Positions 1 through 10,541 of a stretch of DNA of 29,644 nucleotides are shown here, piece by piece. A program made the translations under genes and the position numbers. The stretch comes from Octopus sinensis. Taxonomy: Eukaryota. The DNA lies in assembly GCF_006345805.1 (NCBI RefSeq), contig NW_021832889.1, forward strand, positions 1 to 29,644, written 5' to 3'. The notes beneath the pieces are model-generated. The model had not been told where the DNA came from. It saw nothing but the letters and a program-made list of their open reading frames with translations, and did not search any database. Position 1 is the first letter of the stretch. Each line of letters begins with the position of its first letter.

Positions 1-450
1 CTATATCATGTGTGATATCTTCCACAGAAATATTACATAATCTACATTTAAAGTTGTATCTAGGAACTCAAGAGATTCACTGTCTCTTTGTTGATTAGGT
101 ATTTAGTAGCAAACTCCTGTTCTTGGACTGCAAATACACAGCCTTCGAAGCGTGATGTAGCATATGTATGTATATCCTCCTCTTTTTTTAATTTATAGTA
201 AATTTTGACCGGCCACCTACATGGTAGCAAGATTGGTAAAGAAAGTATTTCTTTCACCATCGTTTTTAATATTAAGAAGGACTTCTTATAATCCCAGATA
301 TCGTGATCATTTGTAAGCTATGAATTAAGGATTTGCGGTCTCTCCCGAAGAACACAAGACTTATTTTGCTCCAGACGAGTTGCTCCAATAATAATGGCCA
401 TGAAAGTAAATGTGTATCTAGGGTAGTAGATTTCAAACTCCTTATTGTTT

Positions 451-546
451 GTATGTACGTACGTACGTACGTATGTATGTATGTATGTATGTATGTATGT
501 ATGTATGTATGTATGTATGTATGTATGTATGTATGTATGTATGTAT
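451..546. repeat. (TATG)n microsatellite
   Basis: Direct tandem TATG/TACG units. Confidence 0.97.
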
Positions 547-1177
547 GGATTGTATGTTCGACTGTATGTAAGTATGTAGCACACATAACATATATAAGCT
601 TTTTTAAATTAGGGGATTACCTACTTTCTCAGGCTTCATTATAAATAATTAGAGGAAATGTATTTATCACAAATGTCTCAGGAAAATTAAATCTGAATTA
701 ACTTAAATGCTTCTGTTTAATTCGCAAATGTATATAGTTTAAATTAATATCTAATATCATCGACTAATGTATATAATATAGCATGACATATATATTATGT
801 TACTCACTGGCCATTTCTACTAATGAGCTTTAGGAAGAAGAAGAGAGGTGGGGGAAACCCGAATGTGTGTTGGCGGTCCAAATTGTTAATATTCAAGATT
901 AAAGGGGATTACATTTAATGAAAGCTATAAGTTAAGTATATGTAAACATACTTAGTATATTTATGGAGCAAATTTTGACGCAAAGAAATCCCTTTTTAGC
1001 AAATAAGCTGGTAATGAGAAAGCAAACTACCGAGTAGTGATTTCATGTCTTGTTAAATCTCCTTTCATATTTAATATGGCTCAAGTTGTGTTTTTATAGC
1101 GTTTATATAGAACCGTATAACATCAACCTGATGTTTACTCAATGAGAAAGATCCAAATTGCCCGTGCCCTTGTCCAG

Positions 1178-1310
1178 TTGCTGCTACTGCTACTACTACT
1201 CTTCCTCCTGCTGCTACTACTACTACTACTACTACAATGCAGCTGCTGTTGCGGCTATTGCAACTACTGCTACTACTACTATAACTGCTGCTGCTGTTGC
1301 TGTTGTTTTT
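1178..1310. repeat. Compound (CTA/CTG/TTG)n microsatellite
   Basis: Direct trinucleotide runs. Confidence 0.9.
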
Positions 1311-1383
1311 GCTGAAGCCCAAATGTTGTGAGCAAAACCTCTATTCTTAATATCTAGGGTTATATTACATTATTCCAATTAAT

Positions 1384-1730
1384 TTAACCCTTTATATTTC
1401 GTTTTGGGATTTGGTTTGCAAGATTTTTATGTGAGTTCGTGTGTTGAAGCATATTCTATTGTGTCTGGGGAGAGTCATTTTCTTTTGTGCCTTATATTTA
1501 ACACACTCACGGTAAATTCCCATTTTTCTTATTTTTACTTTCCTAAAATTTTCGTTGCGTCTTGCAACCTTTTCAATAGTTTTGACCTTTTATATTCTTA
1601 AAGCTATAGGCTGAGGTTCCGTATCTCTTTAAAATTGAGATATAGTGTAGTGTTGAAGTGGAGGTGCTGACGTTGGTTGGTTGTCGTCGTGGTGCAGGGT
1701 GGGGTGTGGATGAAACAAGTAACGGGTTAA
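1384..1730. mobile_element. Possible degenerate piggyBac-type MITE
   Basis: TTAA-CCCTTTA at 1384 and TAACGGG-TTAA ending at 1730; the TIR match is only about 6/7 nt. Confidence 0.3.
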
Positions 1731-1861
1731 GAGGTAAACTCGAGAACTCAGAATGCAATGGCCCGAAGCAAATGCCACGCGGAATCTCGTCGACTCCCTA
1801 ACAATTTCACCAATCTTTTGCTTTATCCTGGTACTTTGTTCTATTGACCACGAAATTATGA

Positions 1862-1960
1862 AAATCAAAGTTGGCTTTTGTGGTATTTGAACTCACAACG
1901 TACAGGGAGCTCTAACAAACATTGCAAACCGTTTTACCTTACGTCCTCACAACGCTGCCA
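1862..1960 (-). mobile_element. SINE family A, degenerate fragment
   Basis: aaagttggc...tttgaactcacaacgta resembles the reverse complement of the family A B-box region. Confidence 0.5.
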
Positions 1961-3261
1961 AAACGAAAATTCTTGTTTTGTATGAAATTGTTGGTCTTCT
2001 ATACATGTAAAAATGGCATGAATAATTATTGAGAATCATATGACCGAACTAACGTAAAGATTTAAAGCAAGAGATCTCATCCATTTTTTATCTATGAACC
2101 TCTTTAATTCTTTCTTTTTTACTCCAGTGTACCTTACTAGCTGCTCAGTGTTTTAAAAATATTATTGTATTTTTTATTAAATATTAATAGGAATTCTATT
2201 TTAAAAAATTGTTAAAATATTTGTATTGTAGAAGTATAAACAATTTATTGCTCGTAAATTTTAACAAAATATCTTATATGAACCCCTAAGGGCCATATGA
2301 GCCCGTGATGAGAATCGGTTTTAAATTTGTTTTAACCGTGTGCTGTTCTTGTGTGGAGAAGCTGAAATATATTGTTGTTTGGTGTATGAAAGAATAGTGT
2401 TTTGGAGATCATTGCAAGAAATAGCGATATCAATGTCATGTCCCCTTTGAAGCAACTTTTGTTTTGTTTTTTTGTCTGTCTTTGTTGTAGCCTTCACTTC
2501 GTAACCTTCGCTTTGGAGTCGTATTCACGTATATAAATGATACAATGCTGCTACTAGTCGCACAAGCATCCCAAACATCATGCAACAGAAGTATTTGAGC
2601 AAGCATTTGCTCAGGTTCAAGAAGAAAGCATAAAAACCTGATGTAACATATCTAGGTTAGATGCGGGAGGGAAAGGTAGCATAATGTACATTTATAACGT
2701 GTGTTGTTTCAAGGAAGACTTCCTCGTCCAGGACTGAAAGTGCTGTGTTTGTACTATTCTTGAATTCTCCTTCCCGAAAAATAAGGAGACACTTGGTGCT
2801 TTCTCAAATAATCGATTCATTACATATTTTTATAAAATCCACAAACAAGCAACTTGTTTCGAAATTGTACCTATTTCCTTTACCTAAAGATTTATTTTCT
2901 TATTCTGCTTTCTCATATTTCATCAAAATTTTACAGACATCCGTTTTTCATGGTTCCACCCAAAATATACCATCCGCTCCAGACAAATAACCCTCATTCA
3001 TTATTCCCCTATATAAAAAAAAATTAACTGGAAAAAAAACTGTTATGCAATAAGATTAAGAATTCTTTTCCACGGGTCATGACTGAAAATGAACGTTCTA
3101 TTAAACATTGCATTTGATTAATTCAGACTAAATGGCTTTCAATACTTAGACTTGGTTTTCTTTCTTTTTTTTATTTGTCCTAATCCCCACCGGGTTGCCT
3201 TTCCTGCATCGTTCCTTTCCTACATAACGACAAACTAAGTACCACTTGCTGACTGAGCAGT

Positions 3262-3444
3262 CTTTTCTACTCTAGGCACAAAGCCCGAAATTTTTTTGCG
3301 GGGGAAGGGACCAGTCGATTAGATTGACCCCAGTACGCAACTGGTACTGGGGTCGATAGTTATTTTATCGACCACAAAAACAATGAAAGGCAAAGCCGAC
3401 CACGGCGGAATTTGATCTCGGAACGTAGCGGCAGACGAAATGCC
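3262..3444 (-). mobile_element. SINE family A, tail type 2, head truncated
   Basis: tgaaaggcaaagccgaccacggcggaatttga core; tail tctaggcacaaagcccgaaatttt. Confidence 0.85.
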
Positions 3445-3577
3445 TATTTCTTTACTACCCACAAGGGGCTAAGCACAGTGAGGACAAACAAGGACAGACA
3501 AACGAAGTAAGTCGATTATATCAACCCCAGTGCGTAACTGGTACTTATTTAATCACCCCGAAAGGATGAAAGGCAAA
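3445..3577 (-). mobile_element. SINE family A, tail type 1, 3' half
   Basis: tttctttactacccacaaggggctaa...cccgaaaggatgaaaggcaaa. Confidence 0.9.
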
Positions 3578-3740
3578 ATAATAATAATAATAATAATAAT
3601 AATATATAATAATAATAATAATAATAATAATGTAGTAGTAGTAGTATTAGTAATAATAATCATAATAATAATAATAATTATAATAATAATAACAATAATA
3701 TGATGATGATGATGATGATGATGATAATAATAATAATAAT
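3577..3740. repeat. (AAT)n/(AGT)n/(GAT)n microsatellite
   Basis: Direct. Confidence 0.95.
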
Positions 3741-3994
3741 GAGAGTGCGCTAGCCTTGACAGCATCTGGATGAGTTCTTCGCAGCGCTATAACCGAGCAG
3801 AACAACTGAAAACTAACTTTCAAAAAATGGAATATCTACAATCTCCTGTGAGTATTTTTTAAATCTCCCCTCAAAATTAGGCTAGAAACTTACATATCTA
3901 CAATTTTCTCGGGACGACCACACAAACAATCATCTTTAAAAACTTTTAAAAACTTTAATATTTACAGCTTTTGTAAATACCTATCCTTTCCTTT

Positions 3995-4653
3995 TGTAGG
4001 ATGTGTGGCAGCAAAAACGAAGCCATCTCACTTATTGTGAGTGAGTGTAGCAAGCTGGCCCAAAAGCACTACAAAAGGAGGCATGATAACGTGGCTAAGG
4101 TTGTCCACTGGAGGTTATGTGAAAAGTACGACCTGGGCAGAGCCCAGAAACAGAGCATCGAGATACTGTAGGATTTTACAATCCAGTATGATTCCCTAAT
4201 CGATGCTCGGAGACCAGATATCGTTGTGGTAAATAAAGGAAAAAAGGAAACCAATATTATAGTTATTACAATACCTCGGAGGCACAAGTAAGTGACAAAG
4301 AACTAGAAAAGAATGAAAAGTACAGACTACTAAAAGACTAAATTGTAAGAATGTTGACTATAAGGAGAGTGTCTGTCATTCAAGTGGTTGTAGGGGCGCT
4401 CGGAGCATTAACAACCAAGTTCGAGAAATATGTCAGAGAAATCAGAATTGACATGAGAGCAGAGCAAACCAACCCAAAAAACTGCTCAGTTGGGGACAAC
4501 TGGTGCTTGTACGTTGAATGTCTTCCACGATAATTAACAACTAAGTATTAAAGTTTATAATGTCTGGAAAGAGACCTGTGAGACCTCTGACAACAGGCTG
4601 CTGTCCGCTCTCACAGAATTTACCAAAGCAAACAAGATCGAGCGCTCAGAGAA
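3995..4653 (+). pseudogene. R4/Dong-like (RLE clade) non-LTR retrotransposon 3' fragment: CCHC knuckle, restriction-like endonuclease and putative 3' UTR
   Basis: Manual translation CRMCGSKNEAISLIVSEC..RRHDNVAKVVHWRLC..IL*DFTIQ..RRPDIVVV..EKNEKY..VVVGALG, with stops and frameshifts. Confidence 0.9.
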
Positions 4654-4975
4654 CTGAAGATGATCCCTGGCTTACCATCCATGCAAGAAGTGCAAAAATA
4701 TGTCCTAACTGGTACGTCTCGTATTGAGAGGATCATTGTTGCTATGAATTTTCATTCCTCCCCATCCTTATTTTCTTTGTTTTCTTTTTTTCATTTTTTT
4801 CTTTTTTGTCCTTCTCTCCTCTGACTTTCTTCCATTTTTTTCTATTACCTGAATTACCTGACTTTGTAAATGAACAATCTGGCGTATTTTTTATTATGGC
4901 CTACCAATGTATACAGTGATTTTTCCCCTTTGGTTTTGTGGGAAGACACGCGACAAGAAATGGAAGCAAAATTAG
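4654..4975 (+). mobile_element. Short 3' end of a second R4/Dong-like subfamily
   Basis: MIPGLPSMQEVQKYVLTGTSRI matches the C-terminus at about 25720-25811; the 3' UTR also aligns by eye with 25880-25960; followed by (GAT/AAT)n. Confidence 0.75.
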
Positions 4976-5037
4976 ATAATGATGATAATGATGATGATGA
5001 TAATAATAATAATAATAATAATAAAAATAATAATAAT
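4976..5037. repeat. (GAT/AAT)n microsatellite
   Basis: Direct. Confidence 0.95.
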
Positions 5038-5039
5038 GG

Positions 5040-5243
5040 CTTAAAATTTTGGCACATGGTCAGAAATTTCAGAGAAGGGTCTATATCAATTACATCGACC
5101 CCAATTTTCAACTGGTATTTATTTTATCGACTTCGAAAGGATGAAAGACAAAGTCAACCATGGTGGAATTTGAACTCAAAATATGAAGACGAAATGCCAT
5201 TAAGCATTTAGCTTGACGAGCTAACGGTTCTGACAGTCCGCTG
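5040..5243 (-). mobile_element. SINE family A, tail type 2, diverged
   Basis: gaaaggatgaaagacaaagtcaaccatggtggaatttgaactc core; tail aaaattttggcacatggtcag. Confidence 0.8.
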
Positions 5244-5260
5244 TATTTCATAAAGATGTA

Positions 5261-5492
5261 TATTTCTCTACTACCCACAAGGGGCTAAACATAGAGGGGA
5301 CAAACAAGGACAGGCAAACGGATTAAGTCGATTACATCGACCCCAGTGCTAAACTGGTACTTAATTTATCGACCCCGAAAGGATGAAAGGCAAAGTCGAC
5401 CCCGGCGGAATCTGAACTCAGAACGTAGCATCAGACGAAATACCGCTAAGCATTTCGCCTGGCGCGCTAACGTTTCTGCCAGCTCGCCGCCT
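5261..5492 (-). mobile_element. SINE family A, full length, tail type 1, with 15-bp TSD
   Basis: Complete head to tail; TTTCATAAAGATGTA at 5246-5260 and 5497-5511. Confidence 0.95.
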
Positions 5493-5814
5493 TGTTTTTC
5501 ATAAAGATGTAATTAATATGCTGCACATCGGCTCATAGTAGAACGGTGGGCAACACAAATTGGAATGGAACAATGAATGAAAATGAATACATTTATTTGA
5601 TTATGAGCATGCGCGAGTGTTTGTGCGTGCGCACATATGTGTCAAATCTATAAAGAAATTGGGGTATATAAATTAAGAAAATGTGTTTTCGATACAAAAA
5701 GGAAAAAAAAAGAAAAAAATCTTTAGTCATTTCTTTGTTCGCTTCTAGGTTTTCACTACGCGTTATTTTCGGGCATATAAATGTTTGCATGTGAAAATTA
5801 CACGTGCGTCCCTT

Positions 5815-6245
5815 TCTGTGCATGCATGCGTGGGCGCGCGTGAGTGTGAAACTGGGTGTGTGTGCGTGCATGCGTGCGCTAAGTTGCGTATGTGTCTATG
5901 TACGTGCATGCATACGCGAGCGTGATTGTGTTTGTGTGTGCGTGTGTGTGTATGTGTGTGTGAGTAGGTGTGTGAAAAATCACGTATACGTATATTTATG
6001 TTTGAGTGTGCGTGTGTATGTGTGTGCGTGTGTATGTGTGTGCATGTGTATGTGTGTGCGTGCGTGCATACGCGAGCGTGCTTGTGTTTCTCTGTGTATG
6101 TGTGTGTATGTGTGTGTGTGTGCGAATGAGAGTGGTGTGAGTAGATGTGTGAAAAATCACGTATACGTATATTTATATTTGTGTGTGTGTGTGTGTGTGC
6201 GTGTGCGTGTGTGTGCGTGCGTGCGTGCGTGCGTGTGGGTGAGTG
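5815..6245. repeat. (GT)-rich compound repeat with internal ~160-bp duplication
   Basis: gtgaaaaatcacgtatacgtatatttat occurs at about 5972 and 6150. Confidence 0.9.
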
Positions 6246-6570
6246 TACAACAAACAGCATCTAATTACCCTATGATCCATACAGTAAGTTTCCGGTTTTT
6301 CATTTCAAGAAATTAAATCTTGCTCACACATAAAATCGCTTTACCGAACACGTAACATATGTAATTTTTTAATTTTTTATTTTTATTTTAGAGAATCCAC
6401 ATAAAGCAGCTTCGAAGCAACAGCAATCTAGGGTCACAAAGGCAGTGTATAAAATTTTACAATTATCTTAATTTTAATGTTATTAGGCCGGAGGAAAAGA
6501 TAAATAAAATCTTAAGCACAAAACGGAATGGTCGATAATCATTTACACACACAGGAATTGTATCAAAAAA

Positions 6571-6802
6571 GGTGGCGAGCTGGCAGAAACGTTAGCACGC
6601 CGGGCGAAATGCTTAGTGATATTTCGTCTGATGCTACGTTCTGAGTTCAAATTCCGCCGAGGTCGACTTTGCCTTTCATCCTTTCGGGGTCGATAAATTA
6701 AGTACCAGTTACGCACTGGCGTCTACGTAATCGACTTAATCCCTTTGTCTGTTCTTTTTTGTTCCCTGTATGTTTAGCCCCTTGTGGGCAATAAAGAAAT
6801 AA
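6571..6802 (+). mobile_element. SINE family A, full length
   Basis: GGTGGCGAGCTGGCAGAAACG head, B box GTTCAAATTCC, tail cttgtgggcaataaagaaat. Confidence 0.95.
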
Positions 6803-7003
6803 GAAACGTTAGCACGCCAGGCGAAATGTTTAGCGATATTTCGTCTTCCGTTACGTTCCGAGTTCAAATTCCGCCGAGGTCGACTTTGCCTTTCATCCTT
6901 TCGGGGTCCATTAAATAAATACCAGTTACGCACTGGGCTCGATATAACCGACTTAATCCGTTTGTCTGTCCTTGTTTGTCCTCTTGTGGGTAGTAAAGAA
7001 ATA
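6802..7003 (+). mobile_element. SINE family A, second unit of a head-to-tail dimer
   Basis: Starts at agaaacgttagcacg, directly after the previous tail. Confidence 0.93.
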
Positions 7004-7026
7004 GGAATTAATAAACATGTACATAT

Positions 7027-7028
7027 GG

Positions 7029-7062
<34 letters not shown>

Positions 7063-7095
7063 AAGGGAGAGGGAGAGAGAGAGGGTGTGTGTGTA
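7027..7095. repeat. (GT)n(GA)n microsatellite
   Basis: Direct. Confidence 0.95.
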
Positions 7096-7098
7096 CGT

Positions 7099-7226
7099 CT
7101 TTTGCTCTGTACATGTTTCAGTCATTAGACTGCGGCCATGCTGAGTGAGCACCACGCAGTGAAACTGAACCGGGAAACGTGTGGTCGGGAAGCAAACTTA
7201 ACTTTGTACCACACTGTCACGCCTGC
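7099..7226 (-). mobile_element. SINE family B, internally deleted (tRNA-like head joined to tail)
   Basis: Minus strand gcaggcgtgacagtgtgg...gttcagtttcactgcGTGgtgctc..cagcatggccgcagtc..tgactgaaac. Confidence 0.7.
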
Positions 7227-7274
7227 ATCTATATATATACATATAGATACATTTGTGTGCGAGTGTGCGCTTCT

Positions 7275-7470
7275 ATGTATGTATGTATGTATGTATGTGT
7301 GTATGTATGTATGTATGTATGTATGTATGTATGTATGTATGTATGTTAGTATGTATGTGTGTATGTGTGTATGTGTGTATGTGTGTGTGTATGTATGTAT
7401 GTATGTGTGTATGTGTGTATGTATGTATGTATGTATGTATGTATGTATGTATGTATGTATGTATGTATGT
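7275..7470. repeat. (TATG/TGTG)n microsatellite
   Basis: Direct. Confidence 0.97.
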
Positions 7471-7473
7471 ATA

Positions 7474-7616
7474 GGCGCAGGCGTGGCTGTGTGAAAAGAA
7501 GTTTGCTAATTCGGGGTTCAGTCCCACTGCGTAACACCTTGGGCAAGTGTCTTCTACTATAGCCTGGAACCGACCAAGTCCTGCCTCGTGAGATGGAAAC
7601 TCAAAGAAGCCCATCG
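7474..7616 (+). mobile_element. SINE family B head and core
   Basis: ggcgcaggcgtggctgtgtg..ggttcagtcccactgcg..ccttgggcaagtgtcttctactatagc..gaagccc. Confidence 0.9.
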
Positions 7617-7644
7617 TATGTATACATATATATATATATATGAT

Positions 7645-7846
7645 TAATAAAAAGCAAAAACGAAGAAAAAAGCAAGAAAAAAAACAACAACTCGAGGATG
7701 TGGTACATGCACAGTATTAAAAGACGCTCAAGGAAGGAAGGAAAAAATTTTTTACGTTTCGAGCAAAGCTTTTCTTTAGAAACAGGAGACAAACGAAAGT
7801 CCAAGAGAAAAGGAAGACGGAGGGGAAAAATCGCCAACAATTCACA
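7645..7846 (-). mobile_element. Hammerhead-bearing short element (family E), degenerate copy
   Basis: Similar to 12680-12850 (ggaagacggagg..aaaaatcgcca); core relic CTAAAGA..GCTCGAAACGTA. Confidence 0.75.
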
Positions 7847-8021
7847 ACCACCGCTTGACAACTGGTACGGGTTTGTTTACGACTCCATAACTTAGCAGTT
7901 CGACAAAAGATACCGATAGAATAAATACCGAGATTTGCAAAAAAATATTAAAAATTTTCAAGGTGATGCTCCAGCATGACCGCAATCTGATGACTGGAAC
8001 AAGTAAAAGATATGATAAAAG
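7847..8021 (+). mobile_element. SINE family B tail segment
   Basis: cgcttgacaac..taacttagcagttcg..gatagaata..gctccagcatgaccgca..gactggaacaagtaaaaga. Confidence 0.8.
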
Positions 8022-8029
8022 ATGCATAC

Positions 8030-8141
8030 GGTGTGTGTGTGTATATATATATATATATATTATATATATATATATATATATATGCATATATATATATATA
8101 TATATACATATATATATGCATATACATATATATATATATAT
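8030..8141. repeat. (GT)/(TA)n microsatellite
   Basis: Direct. Confidence 0.95.
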
Positions 8142-8142
8142 A

Positions 8143-8335
8143 CGAAAAATGAAGAACAAACAAAGAAACAACAACGCGAAGACACATGGCACATGTAAAG
8201 TATTAGTGGACGGTCAGGGAAGAAAAGAAATGTGGTTTAACGGTTCGAGCAAAGCTGTACATCAGAAACAGAAGAAAGTCCAATTGAAAAGGAAGACGGG
8301 GGGAAAAATCGCCACAATTCACATGTGGTTACATA
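8143..8335 (-). mobile_element. Hammerhead-bearing short element (family E), degenerate copy
   Basis: Similar to the 7645 and 12620 copies; core relic GTTT CTGATGT..GCTC GAAC CGTT AAAC; flanked by (TA)n. Confidence 0.75.
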
Positions 8336-8337
8336 TG

Positions 8338-8385
<48 letters not shown>

Positions 8386-8387
<2 letters not shown>

Positions 8388-8575
8388 GCACGCCGGGCGA
8401 AATGCGTTGCCGTATTTCGTCTGCCGTTACGTTGTGAGTTCAAATTCCGCCGAGGTGAACTTTGCCTTTCATCCTTTCGGGGTCGATAAATTATGTACCA
8501 GTTAATCGACTTAATCCGTTTGTCCGTCCTTGCTTGCCCCCTCTATGTTTAGCCCCTTGTGGGTAATAAAGAAAC
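8386..8575 (+). mobile_element. SINE family A, 5'-truncated with a small internal deletion
   Basis: tagcacgccgggcgaaatg...gggtaataaagaaac, between (TA)n tracts at 8340-8385 and 8580-8640. Confidence 0.92.
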
Positions 8576-8585
8576 GGTATGTATA

Positions 8586-8642
<57 letters not shown>

Positions 8643-8689
8643 CCCTATACTGTAAGTATATTACTCTCTAACATTGGTACGACTCGACT

Positions 8690-8925
8690 ACTCTGTCTCT
8701 TTTTCCCCCCTCTCCTACTTTTCTCTGCCTTCACCCTTTTCACTCCCCTTGTTCTGTCTCTTTCCCTCTTTTTCTTCTCCTCCCTTGTTCCCCTTCTTTC
8801 TTTCTCTCTTCCTCCGTCCCTCCTCTCCCACATTTCTCTGCCTCTCAGACCTTATACCCCACTTGACCTGTCCCTTTCCCTCTCCTGCTTCTCTCTTCAT
8901 CTGTCCCTTCCTCCTTTTTGTGCTC
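8690..8925. repeat. Polypyrimidine low-complexity tract
   Basis: Almost only C/T on the + strand. Confidence 0.8.
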
Positions 8926-8984
8926 ACGTGACCAGCTAGCTACTACTGCCTTTCGCATCAAGTAGTTGGCTTGACCACACGTAT

Positions 8985-9620
8985 GTGTTTGTGCTCCGTT
9001 TGCCTTCAGGCATTTTTACCACAGCCAGCCCTATACTCAACTCGTCCTGTCGAAAGACGCTTGTCCTGACGTCCTGGTTTTGTTATGATTGTTTTTACGT
9101 TATTTTGTATTTTTATCCGTGCTATCTTTATTGTTTTTACGTATTTTTGAAATTTTTTTTCGAGTAACATCGTCCGTTTTTCCGTCACCGTGTTGTATAC
9201 TTTCGAGGTTTTCTTCCAAGGAATCTAATGCGATTGGCGGGCTGCCCAGATTGGAGCAATCTCAAGATTAATCAGCCGAAATTGCGAAGATGATCTGGTT
9301 CTTGACTGATGACTGAGAGCTTCGAAAGTCCCGTCTGTGTGTTTTTTTTTTGCCGTCTTCAAAATGTTTCACGTTCTTGTCGCAGTTTGTGTTTTTTTAA
9401 CGTTTACCTATATATATATATATATATATATATACAGTTTTATTTTCGTGCTATTTCAGGTTTCGCAGAATCTGTCACCAGCCTGAGGTGCTTTTGGAAT
9501 AGCTGAATTAAGGAAGAGGTTCGTGCTGGTGATGATTAGGAATATGACGACGACTTGCTTATGACGATCACAGCAATGATTATTCACCTTCTAATCTGTC
9601 GAAACGTTTTAAGAATGAAT
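8985..9620 (+). mobile_element. Unclassified interspersed repeat with degenerate hammerhead-like motifs (possibly Penelope-related)
   Basis: Resembles an octopus repeat from memory; CTGATGA..GAAA at 9306-9327 and CTTATGA..GAAACGTT at 9558-9608. Confidence 0.3.
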
Positions 9621-10021
9621 ATACAAATTTTCATCGTTTTCATTCTCGATGTTCACCATTTCACCATGCATAAAGATCTATTATTACTTGGCTCATATTA
9701 GTACGGGTCGCCAAATAGTCTTCTCACAGAGATTATAAATGAGACCATCGGCTTCTGTTGATTAATTTGAACGTGTGCTTTTGGCTGAAGCAACATATGT
9801 CGGGACAATGTTGTCATTGAATGCCTTGTCTCATAAAGGAGAAACTGTTCTCCTGTAACACACACACAACAGTGATTAGAATATTCACGTTCGAATCCGA
9901 AGAAGTGTATTAAGCATAATTATGCAAGGCATCATAAGAAATAAGATTCTTGAACATGTAGAGTGTAATGTTAGTGACACAGACAACTAGGATGGTTAAC
10001 TGATATACTTTCAGTGCAAAA

Positions 10022-10252
10022 GGCGGCGAGCTGGCAGAAACGTTAGCACGCCGGGCGAAATGCTTAGCCGTATTTCGTCTGCCGTTAGGTTCTGAGTTCA
10101 AATTCCGTCGAGGTCGACTTTGCCTTTCATCCTTTCGGGGTCGATAAATTAAGTACCAGTTACACACTGGGGTAGATATAATCGACTTAATTCGCTTGTC
10201 TGTCCTTGTTTGTCCTCTCTGTGTTTAGCCCCTTGCGGGTAGTAAAGAAAAA
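10022..10252 (+). mobile_element. SINE family A, full length, with TSD
   Basis: Complete element; ATATACTTTCA(G/T)TGC at 10003-10017 and 10254-10268 (14/15 match). Confidence 0.95.
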
Positions 10253-10399
10253 TATATACTTTCATTGCGATTCTGCGTCACTTTATATTTCTAAATAAGT
10301 TGGGGTTTTTTACCTCTGTGAAGCAATATAACAGATTAATATTTCCCTCGTATAATACTGATTTCAGTATTTCTGCCCGAAGCAGCAATTCCAGAGTTC

Positions 10400-10541
10400 A
10401 ACTGGTACTTATTCTCAGGATTCCGAACGGATGAAAGGCGAAGTCGACCGCCGCATAATTCGAACGCAAAACATAAAAACGCGCGAAATGCTGGTAAGCA
10501 TTTTACCTAGCGTGTTAACGATTCTGCCAGATCACCGCCTT
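10400..10541 (-). mobile_element. SINE family A, diverged
   Basis: actggtactta..ggatgaaaggcgaagtcgacc..taacgattctgccagatcaccgcc. Confidence 0.85.

Noticed and set aside
1629-1868. GC-richer stretch as a coding exon
   Set aside because: No frame gives a recognisable protein, and it partly overlaps the putative MITE end.
2703-2740. Hammerhead-like CTGGACGA-GGAAG-T-CTTCC-TT-GAAAC on the minus strand
   Set aside because: Insertion in the core, extra bases before GAAA, and no stem III/NUH or stem I; could be chance.
3961-4005. Splice acceptor tttccttttgtag/G at the start of the RLE relic (exonisation)
   Set aside because: The TGTAGG is the C-R codons of the CCHC knuckle, and the frame downstream has stops; no support without RNA data.
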